A program made the translations under genes and the position numbers. Under the pieces are notes generated by a model. The model did not search any database. It was not told the origin of the DNA and was given only the letters and a program-made list of their open reading frames with translations. This document shows, piece by piece, positions 35,626-48,703 of a stretch of 64,000 bases of DNA. Every line of letters starts with the position of its first letter. Positions within the stretch are counted from its first letter, which is position 1. Source of the stretch: Peribolospora baueri (taxonomy: Eukaryota); assembly GCA_029717555.1 (NCBI GenBank), contig JAMDHS010000016.1, positions 186,001-250,000 on the forward strand, in the 5' to 3' direction.

Positions 35626-36562
35626 ATGTCGCCGACGACCAGCGGTCAAGCTCCGGGCGCTGGGGCCGAGGCGGAGGCGACGGCGAGCAAGTGCCCCGTG
35701 GATCACTCCACTCGCGAGGCGTGGCTCGCACAGACCGGCGGCAACTCACCACCCCATCCCTTCCACGGCGCCCAGTCTTCCTCCACGGCACAAAGGCCCG
35801 CTTCCTTGTCGACCGAGCGGACCACGTCCTCCATCCCTCGCCACCTCGACTCCGGCTCCCCGGCGCCCGCTGACGCCGACGCCTCGGGAAACTGGGTCTA
35901 CCCGTCCCCATCCCAGTTCTTCTCCGCCATGCAGCGCAAGAATCACAACCCCAAAGCGGAGGACATGGACGTCATCGTTCCCATCCACAACGCCGTCAAT
36001 GAGAGGGCCTGGACTCAGATATTGGAGTGGGAGAGGTTGGCCAGCCAGGCGGACGCCTCCGGTGGCAGGACATGTCCCGGCGGCCCGAAGCTGGTCAACT
36101 TTATCGGCCGGCCACGCGACCGGACGCCGCGAGCGTGGTGGAAGACGCTCACTGGGTGCGTGCTCACCCTTCTCGCCCCGTCCGCGTTTTCCGCGATCTG
36201 TCGACGGTACTGCTGATCGTGTGCACCGACGCTCGTCTTCGATCCCATTCTACTCTTTCTGTGTGTGTGTGTGTGTCCTCTCTCGCTCTCGCAGGTACCG
36301 ACCACCGTTCGATCGACACGACTGGCTCGTCGACCGTTGCGGCACGCGAATACGTTACGTCATCGATTTTTACTCTGGCCGCTCGTCCCCTTCCGGTGGC
36401 GGCGGACAAGGGACGGACGGGAAGGTGCCCATGCCCGTCGCTTTCTACTTGGACGTCAGACCCGCGCTGGACGGGTGGGAGGGTGTCAAGCTCAGGACAT
36501 TGTGGTGGGCGCGGCGGTGGGGGCTATGGAGTGGGGAAAACGAGAGGGAGAGGGGGATGTGA
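35626..36562 (+). CDS. CYT2: Holocytochrome c/c1 synthase (heme lyase), 2 exons
   Basis: KCPVDH heme-regulatory motif followed by REAWL, SSIPR, NWVYPSPSQFFSAMQRK, IHNAVNERAW, PFDRHDWLVDRCG, YVIDFY, LDVRPALD. The N-terminus resembles the c1-type lyase. Confidence 0.9.
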
Positions 36563-36588
36563 AAGTATGAAGTGGTATGGCCGCCCTT

Positions 36589-39500
36589 CTACCTCGACAA
36601 GATCCCTTTTCGTGATAACAGCGAGTCGACGCCAGAGCATTGTTCGAGGACGTAGGAGAGAAGACCGGCCGCGATCGAATCGGACGGGTCGATGCTCAGC
36701 GCCTGCGGAGAGCGAAATAAAACGTGGTCAATAGAGAGTTCCACGGTGCACGCACGCAACATGTGGCTGACGGTCCACAGGCGAGGCCTGCGCTCGCTCA
36801 CCTGATGATACCAAGCCACTGCGTCGTCCGTTCGACCCATCCAATGGCACACCATTCCGAGCCCGACGTACGCCTCTACACAGTCCGGTACGACGAGGAT
36901 GACGTGCTGAAACTCCTTTTCCGCCTCGACCGGTCGCCCGGACTTTCGATACGCGTGACCGAGGTTGAGATGCGTCGGCGCCCACCACGACGCGGCCACT
37001 TGCTGTTCGTTTTCGGCGGTGTGCTTGAGCGCCTCGGTAAAGCGCTCGATGGCGATGTCGTATCTGAAGACGGGTGACATTCAAAGACGGTCAGTCAACC
37101 CCCCCCCAAGACGAGACTGTGTGTCTACCGGTACTCACTGGCCCCTGTAGAAAGCCAGCACGCCTTGCTCATTAAGCAGAAGGGGATCGGTGGGGTGCAA
37201 CAGCGCGGCCGCCGCTAGGTTCTCCTCGGCCAGCTGCATGTGAGACATTTGAAGATGCTGCATGCCGATATAGAGCAAGGGGAGGTGATCGCTGGGACGG
37301 GAGGCGAAAGGGGCAGGGAGCGAAGCCGTCAACGTCCGAGCCGGCCTTTCTCGACGGTGACAAACTCGGAGCGGACGTCCACGTCCACACTCACCCTTCG
37401 TAATTCTTCGCCGCCGTGGAATAGGCGATGACGGCCGCCTCATGCTCTCCCTCCAAGGCGAAGCTGTGAGCGAACGCGATCCACGCGGGGGCGAACCGGG
37501 GATCGAGTAGGTTGGCCTTGCCGAAGTAGCGGCGCGCTTCCGTCCATCGGCCTCCCGCGCCGTACCACACGCCCACGGCGTACCACGACGTGGGCGAGTC
37601 CGGCTCGAGCTCGGTGAGCGTGTGGGCGAGGAGAAAGAGGCTGCTGCGGAGGTGCTCGATATGATACATGCACGCAACGTGCAAAGGGAGTGTTGCGGCG
37701 TGGTACGGTGATAGAGACAAGATCCTGCGTGACGAAGTGATGGGCGGACGACAGGCAATGTCCATTGAGAACACGACAACACGCGACGATTCACGCATCG
37801 CTCGCTCCTGCAACTCACCGGCTGGTGATCGCAAAGGCGTCGGCGAACCGGAAGCGCATGAACATGTCCTCGGCCTTGCTGAGCAACACGTCCGCGTTGT
37901 CGCCCAGCCCATACTTTTCTATGAGCATGTGCCGCGCCGCTTCGATCTCGTCGAGGTGCTTGTACTGTGCGGCGCATGCGATCCTCTTCCGAGTCAGGTT
38001 TCTCGTCGTTCGGGGTAAAAAAAGGCCGTTGGGAAGTCGATCTCACCTTTCTCAACTTGCTCACGTACAAGAGCCGTACGAGGTCTCCGTCTTGCTCTCC
38101 TTGGGTCTTGTACTCGAGCCCCTTGACAAATTCCCACTCTGTTCTCGAAAGGCCGATAGGCGGACGCGGTCAGCGAACCACATCGGCATCGGCTTCGGTG
38201 GACGACATGGTTTACGCACCTTCTTCGACGCTCATCATTTCCGTTCGAACGAGCATGTCAAAACTTTCATAGCACTTCACGTCAAGAGAGAGCGCCTCGA
38301 CGAAGCACTCTTTGGCCTTCTTCGTCTCCCTCATCCTCAAATTGATCAGACCGCGGAGATGGCACAGTGAAGCTTCCAGCTGTCACAGCGCGGGACGGGA
38401 CGGGGCTGCGATATCAGCGAGAGATCGCCCTAAAACGGCAAAACTTCGGCTCTCACCTTGATTCCGCCATCGATGTTCTTGACCCTTGCACCGCTTTTCT
38501 CTGCGCGATGCGCCATTCGATCGAACCGTCGGTCAGGTCAGTCAATCCGACACGACGCACAAGCTAGCCGCCGGCGAGGGAGAAAGACTCACTCTTGCCC
38601 TTGAACGGGTTCGTCTCTCCGACCATGTAGAGCGCGTCTTCCCATTTCCCTTGCCGCACCTGCATTCATCCAGAGGCGCAGGCGGCGACGATCAGTGAGC
38701 GTGAGGATTCGACGGACCACGATTCTACTCGCTCACCTGACATTGTGCGACTAAATACCGCGCCTGCACGCTCATCTGAGCGATCGGGATCGTGTCTCCC
38801 TCGCCCGCCCTATCCTGTCCACCAAAAGGACCCAATCCGAGGTCGTCGCCGCCCAAAAGACCCGCACCGACGCCGACGTCCATCGCTGCGCTTCTTCTCG
38901 TTCTCCTCCCTTTTGGTGGCGGAGACGACGCCGACGTGGGCGTTTGTGGGGGCCTAGCGAGCAGGGACGTTGGGAGAGCTGCGGTGGCTCGATGGACAAA
39001 CGAGTCCGGGTGGGCGGTGGACGAGCTGCCAGCGTGAGGCGACGAACGCCCGACACCGTTGGTACCGGCGAAAGAGATCTCGCGGCCCTTGCCTTTCCCA
39101 CCGGTCAGACCAGCCTCGATGCCGTTATCTGCCACCGCTCTGTCGAGGGAGGAGGTCCGTCGGGGCTGAAGGAGGAGCTGCTCGGCTCGAGAGTACTGGT
39201 GGGTGAGGAAGTAGATCTGCGCGAGCCAGAAGACGTCGTTGGGGTCGCCTGGACAAGGAGGCAAGTGTCGGCTCGTCGAAATAATAATAATAAAAGAAAA
39301 TTGAAATAAAAGACGCTAGCGCGGGCGGAGAAGAAGCTCACCGGTCATATCCATCACCTTGTCGCCCCAGAAAGCGGCAGTCTCATAAAGATGCTGGTGC
39401 ATGGCGTCATGCCTCCATCCTCTCATCCTTCCCACCAAAGAGTCCGCGACCACCTCTTCGTCCTCATCGAAGCTGTCCATGCCGAGTCCGGTGAGCAAGC

Positions 39501-40320
39501 CTCCTCCGGCGGCATCCATGCTCATGCTCATGCTCATGGAACCCCGGCCGCCACCGCCTCCCACTCCAGAAGAAGAGGCGATGCTGCCCATCGACTCGCG
39601 CTCCCTTACCCGATCCGCCTGGTTCAGAGGCGCCATAGACCTCGTAGCCATGCCCGACGTGGACAGCTGAGATACTCTGCCAGACGCACCGGCTGATCGA
39701 GGACTCGCCCCTGGCGTTCCCAGACAGCTGATCCCACCTCCCGCCGCCGCCGGTGCCGCTTTGCGTTTGCGGAGGGGGGTGGAGGTACGAATGGCAGGGG
39801 AGATGGCAAGCATGGAAGAGTTATTCTCGCCCGGGTCTGACTCGTACTCTCCGTCGCCGCCTTCATCTTCATCTTCCTGCTCCATCCTATCCTCCTGCGT
39901 TACACGGTGAGACTTGCCAGGTCCGTCACTACCCGGACGTCTGAGTGGGAGCATGCTGCCGTTTCCGTCGTCGTCATCATCATCGTCGTCGTCGCCGTCC
40001 TCCTCCTCTTCTTCCTCGTCCTGTTGGCCGCCGAGCATCTTCAACTCGCTTCTCGCTCCGTGCAAGCCGGCGGGACCCGGGGAGCGATTGAATGAAAAGG
40101 AGTCGTTGGCGAGGGAGAAGGAGTAAGCGCTGCCGGTGTTGCGAGGGAGGACGTAGGCGGGCCGTGCACGACGACCGCCGACGCCGACGCCTACGCCGCC
40201 CGCCGGGAGTGGCTGAGAGGCGGCGGGTGGAGTGAAGAAGGAGGGATTGGCGCCGCCGCTGCCTCCTCCTACCGGCGGCGGTGGAGCTGGCGGACGAGAG
40301 CGGGCGTTGCGTGGTGGCAT
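36589..40320 (-). CDS. CDC16: Anaphase-promoting complex TPR subunit APC6 (Cdc16/Cut9)
   Basis: MRGWRHDAMHQHLYETAAFWGDKV, DPNDVFWLAQ, SWYAVGVWY, FAPAWIAFAHSFALEGEHEAAVIAYSTAA, HLPLLYIGMQH, DPLLLNEQGV, NLGHAYRK. Confidence 0.92.
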
Positions 40321-40728
40321 GGGTAAGGGAGGGAAGAGGGGCGCCGATGGTAGACAGAATGTCGCATGCCCTGCGATCCCTTCGTTGTCGTCGTCGTCGC
40401 AGCGAGCGTGCCTGGCCTGAGATGGAGCTGACCTGAGCTGACGTTTGTGCTGAACGCGAGGACGAGCACGCGCACACCCCTCGACGCGTCTCTTCGATAA
40501 CCCTACTTTACTCCTCGTCGGGGGAAGGAACAGCACATGTAGAATACAAGGAGCTGAACAGAAAGACTTAGGAAGGGAAGATGGCGGAGAAGAGAAGAGA
40601 AGAGAAGAAATAAAAGCGGGCGGACAAGCGTCGATCCAAGAGGCAATCCATCCATCCATCCGATACACTTAGGTTCATCAGGATTCTCCAAGCCGGTCGG
40701 CCGGCGAGACATCTCGCCGAGTTTGCTT

Positions 40729-41568
40729 TCAATTCCATTTCTTCGCCGCGGCCTCGCGCTGAGCCGGGTCGCCGAAGGATAGGGCGTCGGCGCTGAATGG
40801 AAGAAGGGAAGAGAAGGGGGAAGGATGCGTGCGTGAGCCACGGAATGCTCTGTCGGCCTCGTTTCGATTATGCAAATGACAAAAAAAGGCAAGACGCCCG
40901 TGTCGGCCAATGCGGCTCGACTAGAACTATCATCGCGCTGGAAGACGAGAACGCACTGCTTGGAGAGACCCATGATGCGTCGCTGAGTCGCGTCCTTCGA
41001 CGACCAAAACGGAGATCGATGGACGAGCCGGGGGCAATGAACGTCAGTCATTCGAATCCTTGTCCATTTCCGCGAGGTCGGCGCTCCCTCACCAGATAAT
41101 GCTCCCTATCGAGTCTTCTGTTCGTCTTGATGGCGAGACCGCTCTTGTCAAAGGTGTACCCTCGAGCCTGCGAGCGGCCGGTGACAACGGACGAGTGAGC
41201 AAGACGGAGCACGGGCCGCGCGGGAGCAGCTGGAGGAGACCAAGTCTCTGGATCGGCTCTAGCGACGTCGTGAGGCCACCCGCTCTCACCTTCATATCCG
41301 CCTTATTTTTTTCGATCCCCTCTTTGACCACTCGCACTGCGTACGCGAGGCCAAAGATGATGCCGCCGAAGACGCTGAAGGTGAGGATAAAGTTGATGTA
41401 GTCCCTACGGGGTTTGGGGGGAAGGGGCCGTGTGGGGGTTGAGAAACGAGGTCGTTCGAACAACAACACGTGCTTGTAGAGCAGGTGCCGGTGCTATTGG
41501 CAACGGACCTTTTCGTGGGCCATCACAACCTCCCAAGGCGCTCGCTCCACTCACCACGTCGTCGCCAT
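40729..41568 (-). CDS. Small (~105 aa) single-TM hypothetical protein in 5 short exons
   Basis: Spliced product MATTW-DYINFILTFSVFGGIIFGLAYAVRVVKEGIEKNKADMK-ARGYTFDKSGLAIKTNRRLDREHYL-DATQRRIMGLSK-HADALSFGDPAQREAAAKKWN*. All GT..AG introns are phase-compatible. Confidence 0.7.
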
Positions 41569-41749
41569 GACTGTTCCGTGGCCGTCTTGTCTTGTAGTGC
41601 AGAGTGTGGCGAGGGGATCGGAGCGAAGCGGGACGACCGCGGGTGCTCGCAAGGCTGCGAGACGGGAGGGAGGCGACGGTGGAGAGGCAGGCAGGCCTGT
41701 CCGAGTCTCAGACGATCGAATTGATTCCGATCGTCCTCCAAGCGCCAGC

Positions 41750-41785
41750 GAAGGAAGGAAGGAAGGAAGGAAGGAAGGAAGGAAG
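41750..41785. repeat. (GAAG)9 microsatellite
   Basis: Direct reading of the sequence. Confidence 0.9.
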
Positions 41786-42166
41786 GGACACTTGGGCTGG
41801 AAAGGGCGTCTAGGGCCGCCATCACACTCACCCGTCCTCTCAGGATCAGGACGGCCCTGACCAAGCTGAGCTGAGCTGGCCGCCGGCGATCATTACACCG
41901 ACGACGTCGAGCAAGGGCCGGTCGCGTCGTGGGCGCTTTAGCCCGCCATCTCAACGATGGGTGGGCGGGGACGAAGGTGATGGGGAGTGCTCACTCAGGT
42001 GGACAGCGGCCGATACGTAGGCTTATGTGTGTTCTTCTTGGCCCAACCAACGCTTCCCATTCGTACCCGCTACCCGGCCCCGGCCGTATGGGAGCGCGCT
42101 CGAGTGCATACAGCACAGCACGTCCGCAAAGATGCTAACTTACGGCACGGCACAGGAGAACGTCGA

Positions 42167-44102
42167 TCACGGATACAGCAGACAGACACGCCCGCCCGCC
42201 AAACTCGAGCGCCACCACTCGCCAAGAAACGCGCGCAAGCGGTCGTCCACCCAAGGCCCAAGCCCTCTGCCGATGAGAACAAGCTTGGGCTCGACGTCCA
42301 CCGCGTCCGCGTCCGCCGACGCGCCCCGCGGCAGCTCGTTGATCTCAAAGATGCTGCGGACGCCTTGGAGGATCCATCGCGTGCCATCGGCCGTCTTTAG
42401 GAGGCCCTTTGAGCGGAGTACCATGAGCTCGGCATGCGGTGCCTTGGTGGGCGAGCCGAGCGCGCGGCCTTCGTAGCAGAGGTGGCTGAACCACTCCTCG
42501 AAGCGGAGCGTGTCAGGCAAGGTGGGGAGAGGAATGAGCAGAGTCGTCACATCGTCCAGATGAGAATGGCCGAGACGAGGGTCGAGGTGGGTGATTGCGT
42601 CACGCAACGAAGAGACCGGTTTGGAGCCGGAAGAGTAGGCGTCCAAGTCGAGAATTTTGGACAGATCGATCCGACCGCGTTCCGTCCTATGGACGGGGAC
42701 GAGAGCGTTGACAGACCTGGAAACGCGAGCAGAAAGGTAAGCGCGGTGGATGAGTAAAAGGAGATGACGGACGCACTTGAGAGCCAGTTCCGTCCGATCT
42801 AGTCGTTCGGCATTCGACACGTCAGTCTTGTTGAGCAAGACGACGTCGGCGAGGGCTATTTGTCTGTCAAGAATGGGGAGCATATCAGCTTGGCAGCGAG
42901 GCCGACACACGCTCATCTGACCGCCCGCCCACGCACCTCAGCGCCTCGTTTGGCTGTCCGTCCTCGCGCGTCTCGGACATTTGCTGTGAGCGAGAAGCGG
43001 AGGCGAGCGAGAAGCAGAGGCTTGGGTGAGCTCGAAAGAAGGGACAGGCGCGACGACGGCGGTTTGCGCACCTCTAGCCCAAACACGGCATCCACGACGC
43101 AGACGATCCCGTCCAAATAGATATCGCTGCAAAACTGCGAGTACAGAGGAAAGCGACGGTGTTGAGCGCCGCCGCCGCCGCGAATGCAAAAACTCCGCCC
43201 GCTCGCCCCCCGCCTTCTCTCACCTCGTCGTCTCTCCAGAACATGTCGGCGATCGGCGCAGGATCGGCGAGGCCAGTGGTTTCGAGGAGGATGTAGTCAA
43301 ACTTTCCTTTTTTGCGCATCAGAGATTCGAGCGCCGACAGGCCCGCGTCCTTTGCGGTGCAGCACATGCTGAAGTGGTCAGGGGAGTCGGTGAGTGGAGC
43401 GGTGCGGCGAGGCGAGGTGGGAGGAGGATTTGCTCACCATCCGTTCGGCAGCTCTAGCCATTCCTCGTACACGCCCGAGGACGAGGACACGGTCATCGAC
43501 TTTGCTGCATGGCGATATGAATCGAAGAACCACCACGTCAGACCTCGCACGAGACTTTTGTCCCCCATCCGCGCCACGCCACGCCACGCCACGCCACGCC
43601 GTCCCCGACTCACCCACTCACCCTCAATATCGGCACTCGGACCAAACTCGTTCATCAGAACGGCAATCTTGCGGTCATGTTGCTCGGTCAGGATGTATTG
43701 CAGCAAGGTAGACTTGGCGGGGGGCGAAGGGGGGGAGGGCGTTAACAGGAAGAGGAAGAGGAACGGGGCAGAAGGAAATGAAATGAGTGCGCGTGAGGGA
43801 TTGCGGACGACGAGAAAGAGATCTCACTTTTCCCGAGCCAAGATAGCCAGTGAGGATAGTGATTGGTATCCTCCTTTGATCCGTCTCCAGGGCTTGGAGC
43901 TCCCCGGCGACGTCGTCGACCGGCGCTTCTTCGTCCGCGACTATGGCATCTGGCCTGGGGAAGGGGGGCGAAGGGCGGGGTGTAAGGGTGCGTAAAGAAC
44001 GGGACGAACTTGTACACTCAGGGCAATAGATGCGCAGAGGGAAGGAAGAGCGACATACGGGTTTTCCAAGTCTTCTTCAACCGCGTACGATGTACCGTCC
44101 AT
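42167..44102 (-). CDS. ZNG1: COG0523/CobW-family G3E GTPase, zinc metallochaperone (ZNG1/CBWD-like); exact ends uncertain
   Basis: [15 protein letters not shown] (Walker A), [18 protein letters not shown] (GCxCC), [33 protein letters not shown], and CobW_C motifs LRSKGLL..LQGV..KLVLIGR. Confidence 0.9.
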
Positions 44103-45010
44103 CCTTATTAGAATGGACGAAGAGGACGCCGATCGATCACTGCCCTGCCAGCCGCGGTCGAGGTTGGCAGGGAGGGGGAGGAGAGGGCCGGCGTGGATGG
44201 AGATGACGTTGATGTCACTGGCGACGGCGGTCTGGAGGGCCTCGCTGCGCTGGGCGAACTCTTTGATCGTCTCGGCCGAGGTGCCTGGCAATACTTGAAG
44301 AGGACTGAAGCTCCCACTCCACTTTACCGGCCGGAAACTTATTTGCCCCTCGACATTGCGCCGCCTACCTCCGCGTCCCGTCCCGTCCGCCTACACGATA
44401 CCGTATGTATCGCCCGCCGTTTGAACCAGTTCGTGGCTAGAGCTCTCGTCGAAACGCGTCGTGTTCGCCATGACGACGCTGACCCGAAGAGACAGACTTC
44501 AAGAGGAAGCGAAGGACGCCGACAGATCACAGATCACAGATCACAGCGACTCGGTCAAAGGCAAGGAAGGCTGCGACTATGCAGGCCTCCTTTCTTTCCT
44601 TTCCTTTCCTTTCCTTCGCCCCGACGGAGACACCCTAGGGCGCGAGCGAAGCGGGGCAAAAATCAGTGTCCATTCCGAGCACGGCCAACAAAATAACGTG
44701 TGCAAGGCAAAGGCGCGGCGCGGCGCGGCGCGTGTGCGCGTGCGTAGTGTGTAGTGTGTGTGTGTGTAAGGACGAGCAAGAGGAGGGAGCAAAGTGGAAG
44801 GTGGGGGAGGGAGGGAAACTAAGCTCCGGCGACGCTCTGCTTTGCTTTGCTTTGCTTTGGGTGTGCGCGGCGAGGCGGGCGGCGGTTACAAGAGGGATAA
44901 TAGGGTAAGGAGCATCGAAGACGGAGGGAGGCGCACGGGATCGTCCGTAGGGGATGGAAGGATAAAGCTGGTGGTGGCAAGGGTGGAGAGGGTGAATGGG
45001 CTCGAGAAGT

Positions 45011-46915
45011 TTAGTAGATCGGCTATGTGAGGGAAAAGACGAGAGAACGAAGACGGCGTTAGCGACGGCATCAAACAACCGCCCGCCTACCCGATTCGGG
45101 GAAAACTCACCGTAGCGAAGCCGATCCTCGCGGCGCCGTAATCGTAGACGGTGTAGACGCTCTTGAGGAAAGCAAGTCCAAGGATGGCCAGTCCGTTGGT
45201 GTTGGTACCGAACACGGCGCCGATGCACCGGTCCGAACCCGGCTTATCCTGGCCGAGGTTCATGTCCCTCTCGTCGACATGGACCTTGTAGCCCTGACCG
45301 AGGTCGACGACCATGCTCACGTTCTGCGAGCACGGGTACGTCCAGTAACCCTGGCCTTGGCCCGCCGACTGGGAGCCCTTGACGTTGGCCCAGAACTTGG
45401 CCGCTTGGTCCGCGGGAAGGGCCATGAGGGCTACAAGGGAGGACAGAAAAAAAGAATGAGGGACAAAAGCGAGAAGTAGCGTTGACCGTGGAAATCTCAC
45501 TGGTGCCGGTGTCCGCGATGGCGTCAATGCCAGTGACGCTCAAACTCTGGCTGGGTCCGCTGCCGATGCCGGCCATGCGGAACTGCCAGTAACCCTGGTT
45601 GGAGAGGTCGCGGTACTGGATCTGGCCGGTAAACTTGTACTCGTCGATGCCGCCGATCGTCAGCTCGCTCTGGCCGGCGGTGTAGCTGGAGTAACGGCCG
45701 AAAGCAAAGGCGAAGACGTTCTGGTCGAGCTTGTGCTGCTCCACCACTTGCTGGATCCACGGCTTCTGCTTCGTCACCGCGAGGCTCGGGAAGCCCATGC
45801 CGAAGACGCCTTCGGCTGCGAAGACCAAGCGAGTGGCGGCCATCGGTGTCAGCTACGACCAAACCAGATAACATAACCGGCCAACTCACCGATATCGTCC
45901 TTCCAATCGCTGCTAAGCTTGGTAGCGACGCCAAAGACCTGGTTCTGGACCTGGATCGCGCCGATGGACACGTTGTCGCTCGCCGTCGTGCCCTGGACGT
46001 TGCCCACGCCGTAGGTAAGGTCAAAGTTCTGGTTGACGTTGTGGGACGTGGACGACTGCGAGGTGCTGTACTTGGTTCGGTTCGTGCCGCAGTTGGCGCC
46101 TGGGAAGGGGAGGAACGAACGTGAGCGGGACGTCGGGTGAGGAAACCGATGGAACATGTCAAGGCCCGCCCGACTCAAGACAGAAAGAGAAACTGACTGC
46201 AGTCGGTGCTCTCGACCCAAAGGTCAGACGAGCCAGTGTCAAGGTCGAGCAAGAACGTCTTGGGCGGGGTGCCGATGGAGACTTGTCCAAGGAACTCGGT
46301 GTCCCTGCCGCCGGCGACATAGTCGTTGAGGGAGAGAAGGGCGTTCTTGCCGTTCTCGACGAACGGCGTCGCCGACGGGTTCGGTTGGCCCACGCGCGAG
46401 ACGCGGCTTTGGCCCGTGGTGGACGGGCCTACGAGCATACGTGCGCCGGAGGGCGTTGCGAAGCCGCCGCCGTCGTCGCTGTTGCTGTTGGAGGTGGACT
46501 TTTCGGCGGTGGTGCGGTCGGCGGCGTCGCCTGGGAGGACCGGGTTTTTGGCATGGTCGCCCTCGAGGAAGCCGCCGACGAGCTTGTCGAGGTTGACCCA
46601 GCGCTTGCGCATGCGCTCTTGGCTCTCGGCGTCCTCGCTGGGGCTGTACCGGCGCTCGACGTGAAGGGCCATGCGCTCAAGGTGGGCCCAGTCGACGACG
46701 CGGTCGTCGTCGCGAGCGTCCAAGTCGTCGGAGGACGCGCGGGGGGCCCGCTTGTGGGGGTGAGAGTAGTGGCGGGCAGAGTGAGAGGCGGCCCTGCGGA
46801 CGAGGGGGACGGCGAGGACTCGGCGGGCGTCGGCGGCGTCGGGAGAGGCGGCGACGGCGACCGAACCGACGGCGAGGGCGCCGATGGCGGCGGCGACAGA
46901 AGCGGAGAACTTCAT
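45011..46915 (-). CDS. Secreted pepsin-like aspartic protease (A1 family)
   Basis: Signal peptide MKFSASVAAAIGALAVGSVAVA, propeptide with KR sites, LDTGSSDLWV, YGVG flap, EGVFGMGF, IADTGT-TL, AILGLAFLKSVYTVYD..RIGFA. Confidence 0.93.
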
Positions 46916-47439
46916 CTGCGGCGAAGGGGGCGTATCAAGTCGTTCGAAGGGGTCTGAGGGGAGAGTAGGGGGCGCTGTGGGGGGCAGGGGGAAGAGGGGT
47001 ATGGGGAGAAGGAGCGGCGAGGAGGAAGGAGCGTGTGAAGAAGAAGGAAGGTGTCCTGTGAGAGATAAGCAAGAGAGAAGGGAAGGGAGGGGAAAGGAGG
47101 TGGTGGTGGTGGAAGTGGGGGTGGGATGAGGAAGAAGGAAGAGGAGGATGGAGGTGGAGTGAAGAGGATGGGACGATGGGAGATGAGAGATGGCGGGGAG
47201 GAGAATGGCCGTGGAATGAACGAATGGGTCGACGTGCTGCCGCCGGCAAGGCAAGGCTCGACAAGGTCACTCACCGACGACGACTGACGACCAACACCAA
47301 CATCAACGACAGCCGGCCAGACCGATGATAGAGCGAGCGCTGGCTACCAAGCTAGCCAGTTGACCGCTTCGGTGCTTCCATCCGTCCCTCCCACCTACAT
47401 ACACCGCCACCCTAGCTCCCACAAATCCTCGGAGCGACC

Positions 47440-48222
47440 CGACTCGACTCGACTCGACTCGACTCGCTCGACAGACCAGACGAACGAACGAACGAGGTAG
47501 GGCTGGGCTTGGGCTGGGCTAGACGAGACGGAGACGAACTAGCAAGCAAGCACGGTGGTTGGACTACATACGGTGCAGTAGACATGCACTCGACCCGGAG
47601 TAGCAAAGCAAGCGTAAGCAAGCGCTAGCCAAGAGGGCGCGGAAGAGGATGAAGAAGAAGGACGGCCGGGCGGAACGAACGGGCGGGCCGACGGACGTAT
47701 CTTAAGGACGTGCAGGCGGAGCGCGGGGGAAGAGGTCGTCGTCGTCGTCGGCGTCATCTTGCTAGTCCTCCTCCTCCTCATCCACCCACCTCCTTCACGA
47801 AGCCAAAGTGCACACATACATACATACATACATACATCCAGTCCCTTCGCCGTGGATGACCGGCCAGGGCAGTGGGCGGAGCGGGTGCGGGAAACGAAAC
47901 GAAGAGGGCGCCTCCATTCCTCTCCGGCCGCAGCAAGGAAGACAAACTCGAAGGCGCACCCGAATAAGGAACGAACAACGTCAACTCGCGTACCATCGGC
48001 CGCCCGACATGGAGTGGAGTGGACTGGGGAGTCGATCAACGATGGGCACGGCCATGGCATTCGCATCCACGACGCTACCAGCCGCTCTACTGCCTGCGGT
48101 TAGGTTAAGCGAGCACGCACGTATGTCGTCGGTCGATCAGACCTACGACGGCATTCAGACAACCAGACCAGACAACCAGACAAGACAAGACAAGACAAGA
48201 CGGATAGACAGACAGATAGATA
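47440..48222. repeat. Microsatellite-rich upstream region of the protease: (CGACT)5 at 47440, (CATA)n at 47815, (GACAA)n at 48179, and others
   Basis: Several short perfect tandem arrays read directly. Confidence 0.75.
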
Positions 48223-48703
48223 AATGATGGACGCGACGCCTTCTTGTGCCAAAGCTAATCATCACCCCTCGACTCGCTTACCCGCTCCCGCTCCCGCCAA
48301 CACGCTTGCCGCAGCCCTGGATCTGGATCTTTGCATCATACCGCCGGAGGCATCTGCCGCATGACGCCCGCCCTGCCTTCTTCCAACCCTTGAGCAAAGC
48401 AAGTCAGACGGAAGAAAGGAAGGAAGGATTAAACGCTATCTACAGCGTGCGTGTAACTTGCAATCGTCTGCAAAGAAGACCTAGCGCCGTACAGACAGAT
48501 ACAGTAGATGGGCGCGCTCATGCCGCCCCAAGTACCGTCCGTACCGTACCTACTTGACTAACGAAGTACGTCCGTCCGTATATGACACCAAATTCGACGG
48601 ATAGAAACCGGCCCTCCTCACCCCCCACAAGGATCTAAGTGATTAGGACGTTTGTTAACCAGAGCCCATCTATCCCATGACCTCATGCCCCCATGCCCCG
48701 CGC

